From contig CAVVKJ010000005.1 of assembly GCA_963748815.1 (NCBI GenBank), positions 224,001 to 288,000 on the forward strand: a stretch of 64,000 bases of DNA. The letters are read 5' to 3'. The DNA is from an uncultured Gemmatimonadales bacterium (GTDB lineage: Bacteria > Gemmatimonadota > Gemmatimonadetes > Gemmatimonadales > GWC2-71-9). Position 1 is the stretch's first letter, and each line of letters begins with the position of its first letter. Below are positions 30,990 through 41,746 of the stretch, piece after piece. Position numbers and translations under genes: made by a program. The notes beneath the pieces were generated by a model. That model was not told the DNA's origin, did no database searches, and saw only the letters and a list, made by a program, of their open reading frames with translations.

Positions 30990-32443
30990 CCGCTCCCTCC
31001 TCGATCGTGGCCGCGCTGGCGCACATGCTCGATCTGCTCGCGCACGAGCCGAACGATCGCGACCAGCTCAAGACCGCCTTTCGCGACCTGTACGCGATGC
31101 TCGAGCCGGCCGGCGCCACGATCTCCATCGACGTCAAGGGGATGATCCTCGACGGCACGCCCCTCCCGCACGGCCTTCCGGGCGGTGGCGAGGTCCGGAT
31201 CCGGTTTCACTCCCACGGCATCGGGAGCATTCGGGTGCCGGCTGGCGTGAAGCCGGCGGACCTGCTCGCCGTGGTTCGCCTGCTGGCAACGGACCCGGTC
31301 GGCGATCCCACGGTGGAATCGTTCGTCCAGCGCCTCCCGGTCGAGGCGGCGCTCGCCATCCAGGTGGACGGGCCGCGCCAGCTTCCCAAGTCGAGCGATA
31401 CGCGCACCCTCGACAACCTGAGCGCACCCATCGGCGGCGCTTCGGCTCCCATTCCACCGCCGCCGCCGGAACTCCTGGCGACGTTGTCCGATCCGGGGGT
31501 GCGGGTCCGGCGCGACCAGCCGGGCTACGACCCGCTCCGCGACATCGAGGTGAAGGCGGACCTCGCGTACCGCCGCGAGGAGTGGGACGACCTGCTGCTG
31601 CTCGCGACGGAGATTCTCCGCCTCGAGAGCGCCGAAGAGGACGAGAACCGCCGCCGGCGCTATGCCGTGACGCTTCGGCGCGCCCTCCCGAAGTCCGCGC
31701 TTCAGCATGTTGCGCGGGCCGCGCTCTCCGAGGGGCGGCGCGTCGAGGCCACCGCCGTCCTGAAGCGCATGGACGCTGACGCGGTGGAGGCGCTGCTGGA
31801 ACTCCTGACCGCCGCCCCGACCCTCGGGGAGCGGCGCGGCTACTTCTCCGTCCTCACCAAGATGGAAACGGGCACCGACCGCATCGTGCATCGCCTGCAC
31901 CATCCGGACTGGTTCGTGGTGCGCAACGTGGCGGAGCTCTGCGGGGAGCTGCGACTCGCGGGCGCGGCACGGGCCCTGGCGGAACAAGCGCGGCATCGCG
32001 ACGAGCGGGTGCGGCGTGCCGTGGCCGGGGCACTCTGCAAGATCCAGTCGACGGAGGCGCTCGAGGCGCTGCGGCACCTGCTGAACGACACGGAGCCGGT
32101 GGTGCGTCTGCAGGCGGCGCAGGGCCTCGACGGCGACTGGGCGCGCGGGCTGGTGATGTCGATCGCGGTCCGTCTCCCGGAGGAGGGGCACGCGGACGTA
32201 CTGCGGGAAATGCACCTGGCGCTCGGGCGGGTGGGGACGGCGGAGGCGGTGCAGGTGTTGCGGTCGGCGGCGGCGCCCGCGAAAGGGCTGCTCGCCCGCA
32301 AGTCCGCGGCGGCTCGGCTCGCCGCGGTCGAGGGGCTGGCGCTCGCCGGCGGCGCGGCGGCGGCGGGCGCGCTGCAGGAGTTGTTGCGCGACTCGGACGC
32401 GGCGGTGCGGAGCGCCGCCGAGCGGGGACTGTCGGGCGGCTGA
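30986..32443 (+). CDS. HEAT-repeat protein
   Basis: DWFVVRNVAELCG, DERVRRAVAGAL, EPVVRLQAAQGL, DAAVRSAA repeats. Confidence 0.8.
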   Translation: MTAPSSIVAALAHMLDLLAHEPNDRDQLKTAFRDLYAMLEPAGATISIDVKGMILDGTPLPHGLPGGGEVRIRFHSHGIGSIRVPAGVKPADLLAVVRLLATDPVGDPTVESFVQRLPVEAALAIQVDGPRQLPKSSDTRTLDNLSAPIGGASAPIPPPPPELLATLSDPGVRVRRDQPGYDPLRDIEVKADLAYRREEWDDLLLLATEILRLESAEEDENRRRRYAVTLRRALPKSALQHVARAALSEGRRVEATAVLKRMDADAVEALLELLTAAPTLGERRGYFSVLTKMETGTDRIVHRLHHPDWFVVRNVAELCGELRLAGAARALAEQARHRDERVRRAVAGALCKIQSTEALEALRHLLNDTEPVVRLQAAQGLDGDWARGLVMSIAVRLPEEGHADVLREMHLALGRVGTAEAVQVLRSAAAPAKGLLARKSAAARLAAVEGLALAGGAAAAGALQELLRDSDAAVRSAAERGLSGG

Positions 32444-32454
32444 CGCCCCGGCGG

Positions 32455-33522
32455 CTACTGCGGGGCGAATCCGGTGCCGGGCTTGACCGAGCGGGCGAAC
32501 GCCGCCAGCAGCCGGGCGGCACGGTCGAGGTCCTCGAGCTGCACCAGCTCGTTGGGGCTGTGCATGTACCGCAGCGGCACGCTGACCAAGCCGGTCGCCA
32601 CCCCGCGGGCGGCGGTAAAGATGTGGTCGGCGTCGGTGCTCGTCATCCGCGGGGCGGCCTCGACAGTGTAGGGGATCTTTTCCTTTTCCGCCGCCCGCAC
32701 CAGGTGGTCAAACACGGCGGCGTTCACCGCGCTGCCTCGGCTCAGGACCGGCCCCCCGCCAAGCTTGTAGTCGCCGTGCCGCCGCTTGTCGATGCCCGGA
32801 TAGTCAGTGGCGTGCGTGACGTCCACCACGATGGCCACCTGCGCATCGAGTTCCGTCGCGCTGGTGCGCGCCCCGCCGCCGGTGTAGCCGATTTCTTCCT
32901 GGGTGGTGCCCACCGCGGTGACCCGCGCCGCCAGCTTCTTGCCCGCCAGCAGTCGCAACGCCTCCAGGACCACGTAGGCCCCGATCCGATTGTCGAGTGA
33001 GCGGCTGGAGAGCCGGCCGTTGGGGAGCCGCAGCACGTTCGACGTCAGTACGCCGGGGTCGCCCACCTTTACCCGGGTCAGCGCCTCCTTCCGGTTCTTC
33101 GCGCCGATGTCCACCCACAGGTCCTCCACCTTCGAGACTTTTTCCCGGTCGTCCTTTTCCATCAGGTGAATGGCCTTCTTGCCGATGACGCCCTCCACCG
33201 GGCCGGCGTGGCCGAGGAGGGTGACCCGCTGCCCGACGAAGACCTGCGGGTCCCACCCGCCGATCCCCGCGAAGGAGAGGAAGCCGTCGTCGTCCACGTG
33301 CACCACCATCAGCCCGATCTCATCGAGGTGGCCGGCGAACATGAGGCGCGGGGATCCGGCGCCGTTGACGGTGGCGTAACAGTTCCCGTGGACATCGCTG
33401 CGGACGTCGTCGGCAAAGTCGGCGGCCTCGGCGCGCCAGAGCCGCGCGGGGGCGGCCTCGAAGCCGGAAGGTCCAGGGGCGTCGAGGAGACGGGTCAGGA
33501 AGTCGTAGGTGCGGGGAGGCAT
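32455..33522 (-). CDS. M42-family aminopeptidase
   Basis: PGPSGFE, AGHLDEIG, SLDNRIG, QEEIG, VDVTH, RYMHSP. Confidence 0.93.
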   Translation of the reverse strand: MPPRTYDFLTRLLDAPGPSGFEAAPARLWRAEAADFADDVRSDVHGNCYATVNGAGSPRLMFAGHLDEIGLMVVHVDDDGFLSFAGIGGWDPQVFVGQRVTLLGHAGPVEGVIGKKAIHLMEKDDREKVSKVEDLWVDIGAKNRKEALTRVKVGDPGVLTSNVLRLPNGRLSSRSLDNRIGAYVVLEALRLLAGKKLAARVTAVGTTQEEIGYTGGGARTSATELDAQVAIVVDVTHATDYPGIDKRRHGDYKLGGGPVLSRGSAVNAAVFDHLVRAAEKEKIPYTVEAAPRMTSTDADHIFTAARGVATGLVSVPLRYMHSPNELVQLEDLDRAARLLAAFARSVKPGTGFAPQ

Positions 33523-33567
33523 GGGAGTCCGGAAGCTGAAGGAACGCGGTGGCGCACGGCGCCAGCG

Positions 33568-33993
33568 CTAGGGGGCGAGTCGTCCAGGAGCCGTGGCGAT
33601 CAGCACACCGAATCCGGCGAGGACCACGGCAAAGGCCGCGACCGGCTGCCCGCCGACCGCCAGCACGAGGGCACCGACGAGGACGGTGCCTTCGCCGATG
33701 GCCCAGACCGCCACCGCTTTCGGCAGGTGCTGGCGCCACCAGGCGTCCACGCCCTGCGAGGCGCTTCGCTCCGGGATGAGTCGGCGAAAGGCCAGTCCGG
33801 CGAGGAGCCCGGAGGCGGCGAGGGCGTAGGCGGCGAAGCTCACCGCGCCCCCGGCTTCGTCCGGGAGCGCGAGGCGGCCGCGGAACAGCCACGCGAGCGC
33901 AGCGAGCACTCCCGCGCTCGCCCCGAGGCTCGCGTGCAGGAGGCGCGCGACGGTGGCGGGGGAAGTCGGAGTGGCGGGTGGCGGCGTGGTCAT
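33568..33993 (-). CDS. Small membrane protein of unknown function
   Basis: From MTTPPPATP, about four hydrophobic segments, WAIGEG. Confidence 0.55.
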   Translation of the reverse strand: MTTPPPATPTSPATVARLLHASLGASAGVLAALAWLFRGRLALPDEAGGAVSFAAYALAASGLLAGLAFRRLIPERSASQGVDAWWRQHLPKAVAVWAIGEGTVLVGALVLAVGGQPVAAFAVVLAGFGVLIATAPGRLAP

Positions 33994-34033
33994 GGCTACG
34001 GGAAAGTACGGTTTCCCGGCGTTGCCGTCCAGA

Positions 34034-35172
34034 CTATCGCTGATCCAGAAACTCGAGGATGCGTTCGGCGCGACGGTCCGACGACAGGTTCGGCGGCACG
34101 GGTGCAGGCCGCGGCGGAAGCAGCTGGCCGGCCAGCGCCGGCATCCGTAAGGACCCGGGTGATCGCTGCCGCCCACGATTCCGGCGTTGCCTCGGCCACC
34201 AGCCCGCAGGGACCCCGATCGAGGAGATCCCGGATGCCGGGGAGATCGCTCGCCACCGTGGGGATACCGTAGGCGAGGTACTCGAGCACCTTGAGCGGCG
34301 TGCCAATGTGGTTGCGCGGCGTGATGGCCAGAGGGGCCAGTCCGAGGTCGAGACGGGCCTTGATCGCCTCGAGTTCACGCGGCGACAGCCACGCCGACAC
34401 CTCGACACGATCCCCCACCCCCAGGGAGGCGGCGCGTTCTCGCATCGACGTCGCTTCCGCCTCGCTTCGGGCGCCAACCATGAGGAGCCGGCAGCCGGGC
34501 ACCTCGACGAGGCCGATGGAGCGGAGCACCAGGTCGAGGTCGTAGCGGTCCGCATCGAAGCTGCCGAGATACCCGATCGTGGCTCCGCCACTTCCCCGCC
34601 GGGCCCCGCGGCGATTGGATGGTTTGACGCCGCTGAGGGCGGTGAAGAATCGCTGGTTCGGGAAGCTCCGGAGATAGTACTGGCGCTGCGGCGCGGAGAC
34701 GCAGACGACCCCGTCCACCCGGGGCAGCCAGCGCCGCTCCCGCCGCGCCTGCTTCTCCCCCGAGCGCCCGGCGGGATCGTCGCGCAGGCTGGCGTCGGCG
34801 TAGAAGTCGTGTGATTCGAAGATCACGCCGCCCCCCGCGGAGACGACGCAGCACCAGCGCCCAGGGGAGGAAGCCGAGGTTGCGCGTGATGAGGACGTCC
34901 CAGCGGGCGAACCAGAGGTGCCAGAACGCCAGGAAGTGCACAAGGCGGTGGGAGCGGCGGAACGGGCCGGCATGGAGCAGGCGTACGGGCACAGGGGTGG
35001 GAATGCCGAATTCCTGTTCCAGTACGGCGTCGACGCCCGTGGTGGTGTTCGCGACGGTGATCAGTTCGAAATCGGCGCCAAGCTCCGCGAATCCGAAGGC
35101 GTTCCAGGTGACAAACGTCGTGCTGGGGGAGGCGCTCGGCCAGAGACCGTGATGGAAGTACTTAATCCGCAT
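34034..35172 (-). CDS. Glycosyltransferase family 4, frameshifted
   Basis: Fragments: MRIKYFHHGLWPS..., VIFESHD, IGYLGSF, TPLKVLEYLAYGIPTVASDLPG, RRAERILEFL; at least two frame changes (near 34840 and 34080-34140). Confidence 0.75.
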
Positions 35173-36360
35173 CGGCCGCGAGCACTTCCCGGTACAGGGC
35201 GAGGAGACGCTCCTCCATCCGTTCCCAGTTCAGCTCGTCCGCAAACAGCCGCGACGCCGCGGCCGACATCGGCCGCCGCGGCCGGATCGGCGGCAAGACG
35301 GTCGATGGCGTCGCCAGCTCCGCCCCAGCGCCCGGCCGCGGGATAGCACGATGCCGCACCGCCCGTCGCGAACGAGGGGACCCATGATCGGGTGCTCCAG
35401 CGTCGACGATCGGGAAGGCCGAACCGGAGGTAGTTGAAGAACTTGTTCGGCGTGCCGGTCAGCGCGTTGGGCGTCTCGTTCAGGCAGAGCCCCGCGTGAC
35501 CGCTGCGCAACCAGTCCGGCACCTCCTGGTAGGGCAGCAACCCGGTGAACGTGGAATCGCTCGCGCCGTGCCGTCCCGCGTCGGTCTGTGCGTTGAACCA
35601 CTCGAGCTCGGCCGACGGGAGGTCACCGATGACCAGGAAGCGCACGCGCGGCGAGCGGAGCAGCCGGGCCGCGTCCACCACGGGCGCAGCCCGCGATCGA
35701 ACAGGAGCCGCCCCTCGTGCACCACCCAGAAGGTGCCGTCTCGGCGGCAGGGCGGGCTCGCCTGCGGGCGAAGAGGCGGGCCGACTGGCTGTTCATCACC
35801 GTCACGACCGGCTTGTCGGTCAGGGTGCGGTAGTACTCGCTGATGAAGTCGCTGACCGTGACCACGCCGTCGGCTGCGGCGAGCATCCGGTTTTCGGTGG
35901 TGACGTAGTGGGGGAGCTTTCGCCGCTTCTCCTCGCTGAGGCGCAGCCGATGCAGGAAGAACTCGTGAAAGTCGAAGATGAGCTTCGTGTTCGGGAGTCG
36001 CTGCCTTCAGCTCCGCCGCCACGTCCATCGTGATGCCGTCCTCGTGGAAGTGGCAGATGTCGGGCTGGATGCGCTCGAGCGCGGCGAGGATGTCGCGACG
36101 AGCAGATGGCGAAGCGCAGTCCGAAGTTCTTCGGAATCCACCGGCGGTAGGGGTAGCTCTCGAAGCGCACCCCCTCGCGGACGAAGCGGGCCGCGATCCC
36201 GGGACCCGATGGTCCTTCCGCCGGCCGAGCCACCTGCCAGAGAGTCCGGGCACGAGAACAACCACCTCGTACCCGGCCCGGGCGAGGGAGGCGCCTCCTT
36301 GAAGAAGATGCGACCGTCGAAAGAGCGGTGCTCGAAGATGACGTGACAGACCCGTTTCAC
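35162..36360 (-). CDS. Glycosyltransferase family 4, multiply frameshifted (pseudogene or assembly error)
   Basis: Fragments across frames: VKRVCHV..DGRIFFKEA, PDICHFHE, LIFDFHE, ADGVVTVSD, TPNKFFNYL, LNWERMEERLLALYREVL. Confidence 0.7.
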
Positions 36361-37472
36361 GGCGTCGTCCTCCCGCGCGGTGCGCGTGCGATGAGCCGCG
36401 CAATCGCTTCCCCGGCCGCGCCGCCGCCATACATCGCCTGCGCGGGTTCGCCGGGCCGGGGCCGCGCAAGCGCCTCGCGCAGCGCGGCCTCCACCGCCTC
36501 GGCGGACACAGGCGGCACCAGTCGGTTCCACCCCGCCTCCACCAGTTCCGTCCACTCCGTCTCGTGTCGAAGCGTGAGGCAGGGAACCCGCTGGAAGAAC
36601 GCCTCCTTCTGCACGCCGCCCGAATCCGTGACCACCAGCCTCGCGCCGCGCTCCAGCGCCAGCATGTCGAGGTACCCCACCGGGTCGATCAGCCGGAGTC
36701 CGGGCGCGCGTTCCGGTCCGGGGCCCTGTTCGGAAAGTATGGCGCGGGTGCGGGGATGGAGGGGCAGCACCACCGGCACCTCCGACGCGACGGCCGCCAG
36801 GCCGGCGAGAATGTGTCCCAGCCGTTCGGGCGAATCGGTGTTCTCCGCACGATGAACGGTCGCCAGCACGTAGGATCCCGGCTGCAGTCGCTCCCGGGCC
36901 AGAGCCTCGCTCCACTCCGCGGCACGCGGGGCGAGGTGCAGGACGGAATCGTACATCACGTCCCCGACGAGGTGACACTGCTCCCGGGCGACCCCTTCGC
37001 GGGCCAGGTGCGCCATCGCCGTGGGCGTCGGCGCGAAGAGGAGCGACGCCACGTGGTCGGTGACGATGCGGTTGATCTCTTCGGGCATGGAGCGATTGAA
37101 CGAACGGAGGCCTGCTTCGACGTGGGCCACCGGGATGTGGAGCTTGGCCGCCGCCAGGGCCCCGGCGAGCGTCGAGTTGGTGTCGCCGTAGACGAGGACC
37201 CAGTCGGGCCGAGTCGTCGTCAGGACCTCCTCGATCGCCTCCAGCATCCGTCCGGTCTGCTGGCCGTGCGGCCCGGAGCCAATGCCGAGGTTCCACTCCG
37301 GTGCGGGGATCTCAAGTTCGTCGAAGAACACATCCGACATTTGGGCGTCGTAGTGCTGCCCGGTGTGCAGCAGGCGCTCGCGAACTCCTCCGTGCGCGGT
37401 CAGGGCGCGACTCACGACGGCGGCCTTGATGAACTGTGGTCGTGCGCCGAGGATGGAGACGACGTCGGTCAT
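36357..37472 (-). CDS. wecB: UDP-N-acetylglucosamine 2-epimerase (non-hydrolysing)
   Basis: GARPQFIK, HTGQHYD, YGDTNSTL, HVEAGLRS, PEEINR, TDSGGVQKEA. Confidence 0.95.
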   Translation of the reverse strand: MTDVVSILGARPQFIKAAVVSRALTAHGGVRERLLHTGQHYDAQMSDVFFDELEIPAPEWNLGIGSGPHGQQTGRMLEAIEEVLTTTRPDWVLVYGDTNSTLAGALAAAKLHIPVAHVEAGLRSFNRSMPEEINRIVTDHVASLLFAPTPTAMAHLAREGVAREQCHLVGDVMYDSVLHLAPRAAEWSEALARERLQPGSYVLATVHRAENTDSPERLGHILAGLAAVASEVPVVLPLHPRTRAILSEQGPGPERAPGLRLIDPVGYLDMLALERGARLVVTDSGGVQKEAFFQRVPCLTLRHETEWTELVEAGWNRLVPPVSAEAVEAALREALARPRPGEPAQAMYGGGAAGEAIARLIARAPRGRTTP

Positions 37473-37567
37473 GGCAGGGCTGCCGGGGCGACGAGATGCC
37501 GGGCGCAACCGCGCAGCGTGATGGGAATCATAAGGTTCGGGAAAGTACCGATGGCCGCGCGGCTACG

Positions 37568-38167
37568 CTACCGCTCGTATTTCCAGTTGCGGCGCTTGCC
37601 CTCCACCAGCCACGACACGGTCGTGCTCACCCTCCGCAGGCGGGTCTCCGGACGCTTCGCCTCGGTGATCCATTCCACGTATTCCCGGCGGTGGCTGGCG
37701 CTCGACGCCTCCCAGGTGGATCGCGCCTTGGCGTTTCGGGACAGGGCGGCGCGAAGATCGGCTGGCGTGCGCGGCGCGGGCTTCGGTCGGGCTGCCTTCT
37801 TGACGGGTTGGGCGCCAGACTCGTTGATGCGCATCGCCTGGTGGACGTACCTGGTGAGGGCGCGCGGCGAGGGGAGCTGCCCGACCTCGGTCAGGCGCCC
37901 GAACTGCCCCATCGCCGAGGCGGTCTTGTCGTCGCCGGTCTCCACGACTCGTGCTCCCTTCCAGAACCCGAGCCCGACGTGCTGCTTGAAGCCGGCCATG
38001 AAGCAGAGGATGCCGTGATAGGTGAACATCGGCATGCCCCACTTCACGGTTTCCTCGGCTTCGGGGCAGGCGGTATGCACGACGTCCCGAATGTGTGACA
38101 GGATCGGCCTGGCGAAGGGCGCGGCATTCTTGATATAGGCGGTGACGCGCGAGTCGTGTTTTCCCAT
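37568..38167 (-). CDS. YdeI/OmpD-associated (DUF1801 + OmdA) family protein
   Basis: EETVKWGMP, AGFKQH, SHRREYVEWITEAKRPETRLRR. Confidence 0.85.
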   Translation of the reverse strand: MGKHDSRVTAYIKNAAPFARPILSHIRDVVHTACPEAEETVKWGMPMFTYHGILCFMAGFKQHVGLGFWKGARVVETGDDKTASAMGQFGRLTEVGQLPSPRALTRYVHQAMRINESGAQPVKKAARPKPAPRTPADLRAALSRNAKARSTWEASSASHRREYVEWITEAKRPETRLRRVSTTVSWLVEGKRRNWKYER

Positions 38168-38171
38168 TTGT

Positions 38172-38582
38172 TCAGCAGCTCCGAGGCGTTTCGTCAGGCA
38201 ACGAGCGACGCGAGACCCGAAGTGACACCACCGCCAACGCTCCGAGCGCGAGACCCAGGGCCATGGGAATGACCCCGAACGCGCCCAGCAGCCCTCCACC
38301 CCGCGCAGCACTTCGGTTCGCCGCCCCGAGGGCGAGCATCCCATAGAGGCAGAGCAGGGCGGCGATCACGAGACTGACCAGGTGGGTCCGCCGGAGCGCG
38401 ATTGCCACGCCCGGGCCCCGGCGCCAGAGGTGGACGCCCAGGGCGATCAGCCAGAGGGACGGGAGGACCAGCAACGGAATGCCGAGGAGTCCGACGACCG
38501 TGGCCAGCGGCAGGAGCAGCAGCCCCATCAGGATGTGGGCGGTACCGAGCAGTCGAGGGCGAACGACGCGGTCGGGAGGCAT
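38172..38582 (-). CDS. Small membrane protein of unknown function
   Basis: 136 aa with four hydrophobic segments, fits between neighbours. Confidence 0.55.
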   Translation of the reverse strand: MPPDRVVRPRLLGTAHILMGLLLLPLATVVGLLGIPLLVLPSLWLIALGVHLWRRGPGVAIALRRTHLVSLVIAALLCLYGMLALGAANRSAARGGGLLGAFGVIPMALGLALGALAVVSLRVSRRSLPDETPRSC

Positions 38583-38585
38583 TCG

Positions 38586-39065
38586 TCAGCCTGCCGCCGG
38601 GTCGGCGAGCGACGCGACGTTGGCGGCATCGGTGAACGTGAGCGATTCCGAATTCACGCAGTAACGGAGTCCGCTGGGCCGCGGTCCGTCCTCGAAGACG
38701 TGGCCGAGATGCGCGTCGCAGCGGGCGCAGAGGATCTCGGTCCGGCGCATGCCGTAGGACCGGTCCTCGTGAGTCGTCACGTTTTCGGCGGCGATCGGCT
38801 GAAAGAAGCTGGGCCACCCCGTGCCCGAATCGAACTTGGCGTCCGAGACGAAGAGCGGGAGCCCGCAGCAGAGGCAGGCGTACACGCCGTCGCGCTTGTT
38901 GTCGAGGAGGGTGCCGCAGTGGGGCGCCTCGGTCCCCTTGCCCCGGGCAATCCGGTACTGGGTCGGGGAGAGCTGCGCCTGCCACTCTGCGTCGGACTTC
39001 ACGACAGGCGGCGCTTCCACCGGGCCGACCAGCTGACCCTCGCGATTGAACAGCTTGATGCGCAT
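38586..39065 (-). CDS. msrB: Peptide-methionine (R)-S-oxide reductase
   Basis: [19 protein letters not shown] Zn ligands, [16 protein letters not shown]. Confidence 0.95.
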   Translation of the reverse strand: MRIKLFNREGQLVGPVEAPPVVKSDAEWQAQLSPTQYRIARGKGTEAPHCGTLLDNKRDGVYACLCCGLPLFVSDAKFDSGTGWPSFFQPIAAENVTTHEDRSYGMRRTEILCARCDAHLGHVFEDGPRPSGLRYCVNSESLTFTDAANVASLADPAAG

Positions 39066-39075
39066 GGGTGTCCGC

Positions 39076-39603
39076 CTATTCAAACGCCGGCGGGAGTGGG
39101 TTGCCGGGGCGCTCGGCATCCCAGAACACGGACAGGACCCACCAGCGGCTTCCGTCCCAGAGCAACTGGATGGAGTTGATCCCGCGCGCAAACGGCGTTG
39201 TCTCGGTGCCCCGGAAGCTCTGATAGGAACTGAAGGCCTGCGCGATCGTGCCGTACCGCTCGGTCGACCGCTTCAGTTCCAGCTCCCGAAAACCGATCGC
39301 GACCAGGAACGAATCCGCTCGGGTGCGATACTCATCCGGCGTCATGATCCGGACACCACACCGGCCGGCGGTGTCGCACCGGGTGGGCATGAGGCGGGCC
39401 TCGGGATGCATGAGCGACAGGAACCGATCCCACTGCCGCGGCTGGCCCGCGGGGCCGCTGATCACGGCGTACAGCGTCGTGATGATGCTGTCGATCGTGC
39501 CGACATCGGTGGGGCGTGTGGCAGGCCGGTCCTGCGCGGTGCCGGCAGCAATGCCCGTGACGGTGAAGAAGGCGAGGAGGAGCGTCGGGCGAATGCGAAG
39601 CAT
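39076..39603 (-). CDS. Secreted NTF2-like hypothetical protein
   Basis: Signal peptide; [30 protein letters not shown]. Confidence 0.7.
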   Translation of the reverse strand: MLRIRPTLLLAFFTVTGIAAGTAQDRPATRPTDVGTIDSIITTLYAVISGPAGQPRQWDRFLSLMHPEARLMPTRCDTAGRCGVRIMTPDEYRTRADSFLVAIGFRELELKRSTERYGTIAQAFSSYQSFRGTETTPFARGINSIQLLWDGSRWWVLSVFWDAERPGNPLPPAFE

Positions 39604-39639
39604 GTCAACACTTTCCGGGAGGGGGCGGCGCGATCGAGC

Positions 39640-39978
39640 CTACCGGTCCCAGTGCAGGGTATGGAAGAGCCGGTGCAGCAGCGGGGCGAGCAGCAGGCCG
39701 GCGGCAAAGATGAAGACGAGGCCGGCAAAGAGAGCGTAGAGCCCCGCGAACAATTTCCCGTTGTCAGTCCGGGGCGCGTTGACCGGCCCCATGCCCCCAA
39801 GCAGCATCGCCGAATTCAGGAAGGCGTCGCGCCAGGGCAGCTCCTCAAAGTGATGATATCCCGCCATGCCGATGGCGAGGGAAAGGGCCAGCAGCACCAA
39901 CACGGCGCCGAAATGCCTCGCGAGTCGCTCAAGGAACCTGCGGACCGGTAACGGTCGATCCCTGCGTGATTCATACAT
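39640..39978 (-). CDS. Small 2-TM protein resembling an ion-channel pore module
   Basis: IGMAGYH...DAFLNSAMLLGGMGP...GKLFAGLYAL. Confidence 0.65.
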   Translation of the reverse strand: MYESRRDRPLPVRRFLERLARHFGAVLVLLALSLAIGMAGYHHFEELPWRDAFLNSAMLLGGMGPVNAPRTDNGKLFAGLYALFAGLVFIFAAGLLLAPLLHRLFHTLHWDR

Positions 39979-40044
39979 GGCTTTTCCCTTCACAACTGCG
40001 ACCGCGACACCAGGTGCATCAACACCGGGACGTCGCACCCCGGT

Positions 40045-40354
40045 TCAGGCGGACACCTCGTGCCAGAAGGTGATGTCCGGCGGACCGGCGAAGATGGCCG
40101 CGGCGCCCTGGATGAACGCCTGGATGTGCGGGGTCTGCATATGGGGCCCGGTGTAGGCCGCCTGGGAGGTCCAGCGTTCGTACAGCAGGAACCGGGTGTC
40201 GTCGGCGGCGTCCTGTAACGTGGTGATGCCGAGGCAGTCCGGCTCCTTGGCGAGCACCGTCCCGGATCAGGGGGGCCAGGGCCGCCCGGGCGGCCGCGCC
40301 CTTGCCGGGCTGCGCGCGATAGAGGATGACGACGGTGACGGGCTGAGCGGCCAT
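40045..40354 (-). CDS. Antibiotic biosynthesis monooxygenase (ABM) family protein (apparent +1 frameshift near 40262)
   Basis: VTVVILYRAQPGK joined to KEPDCLGITTLQD..RFLLYERWTS..HMQTPH. Confidence 0.8.
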
Positions 40355-40378
40355 GCGGGCTCCTGCGCGAGGGGTGGA

Positions 40379-41746
40379 TTACCGAATATTTCCCCCCGCC
40401 GGCGATTCCGCCAGCACCAGGCGCGCCTCCTCGCCCGCGGCGGCAGTCAGGTCCTGATTGCCCATGACCACGCCGACCTTTTTCAGGAATGCGTTCGGCG
40501 GTTCGCCGCCGGCAAACACCCACATCCAGTCGTTCGGCAGCTCGGTGACCGTTCCTCCCGCCGAGAGCAAGATCGATTTTTCCCGAACCTCGGTCGGCTG
40601 GGATTCGAACACCACCCGGAGCTTCTTCCCCTTCACCGCCTCCTGCAGCTTCTGCGCGTTGCGTTCCTTGATCCGGCTGAACTCCGCCTGCCGGTACGAA
40701 AGGGTGACCTGGTTCCCCTTCTGGTACGCGAGGCCGAGCGCCGCCTCGACGGCGCTGTCGCCGCCGCCGACCACGAGAATCTTCGAGTTGATGTAGGCGT
40801 CCGCCTCGATCAGGCTGTACATGACCTTGGGGAGCTCTTCTCCCGGGATGTTGAGCTTCCTCGGCGTGCCCCGACGGCCCAGGGCCAGGACCACATGCCG
40901 CGCCCGGTAGCTGCCCCCAGCACTCGCGATCCGAAACGTGCCGTCGGCCTCCCGGTCGATGGTCTGCACCTTTTCCTGGGTCCGAATGGTGAGGTCGCCC
41001 CGTGCGATCACAGAGGCCCAGAACGCGAGCAGCTCCTCCTTCGAGATCTCCATCTTCTTGAACCGGCCGTGGAGCGGGAACTCCACCGGACTTGTCATGA
41101 CCAGCTTCTGCCGGGGGTACTTGGCCACCGTCCCACCGATCTCCTCCTGCTCGAGCGTCACGTAGCTGAGCGCCCGCTCCACGGCGCGCAGCGAGGCGCT
41201 CAACCCGCCCGGGCCCGCCCCGACGATGCAGACGTCGAGGACATCGGGGGAACTGGGTTGGGACGCGACCCGGCGGGCGATGGTGTCCATGCACTCGCGG
41301 CCCTGGTTCACCGCGTTCTTGATGAGGGCCAGCCCGCCGAGTTCCCCGATGATGAAGAGGCCGGGGATGTTGGTCTCGTACTCGCGCGAGAGCCGCGGCA
41401 TGTCGGCGCTGATGCTCGGGTCGGCCATCACGATCTCGATGGCGCCGACCGGGCAGGCGTCGGCGCAGAGGCCATGGCCGATGCACTTGTGGCCGTTGAC
41501 GATGGCGGCCTTGCCGGCGATCACCGCCAGGACATTCCCCTCCGGGCAGACGTCCACACAGGCACCGCAGCCGATGCAGTGCGACACGTCGATGTGCGGG
41601 TGCTGCGCCCGCGGCCCGCCGGAGTGGAGCTTGCCCCGTTCCGCGGCCGCCAGCGCCGCCCGCTCCCGCTGGCGCGTCTTCCGGATGTGAAGCAGCAGCG
41701 GGCCGATGAGGAAGAGGCCAAACACCGTGTAGATCAGCAGGTCCAT
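40379..41746 (-). CDS. Membrane-anchored 2x[4Fe-4S] ferredoxin + FAD/NAD(P)H thioredoxin-reductase-like oxidoreductase
   Basis: N-terminal TM; CIGCGACVDVCP and CIGHGLCADACP; IVGAGPGG, VVGGGDSAVE, SYRQ. Confidence 0.88.
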   Translation of the reverse strand: MDLLIYTVFGLFLIGPLLLHIRKTRQRERAALAAAERGKLHSGGPRAQHPHIDVSHCIGCGACVDVCPEGNVLAVIAGKAAIVNGHKCIGHGLCADACPVGAIEIVMADPSISADMPRLSREYETNIPGLFIIGELGGLALIKNAVNQGRECMDTIARRVASQPSSPDVLDVCIVGAGPGGLSASLRAVERALSYVTLEQEEIGGTVAKYPRQKLVMTSPVEFPLHGRFKKMEISKEELLAFWASVIARGDLTIRTQEKVQTIDREADGTFRIASAGGSYRARHVVLALGRRGTPRKLNIPGEELPKVMYSLIEADAYINSKILVVGGGDSAVEAALGLAYQKGNQVTLSYRQAEFSRIKERNAQKLQEAVKGKKLRVVFESQPTEVREKSILLSAGGTVTELPNDWMWVFAGGEPPNAFLKKVGVVMGNQDLTAAAGEEARLVLAESPAGGNIR

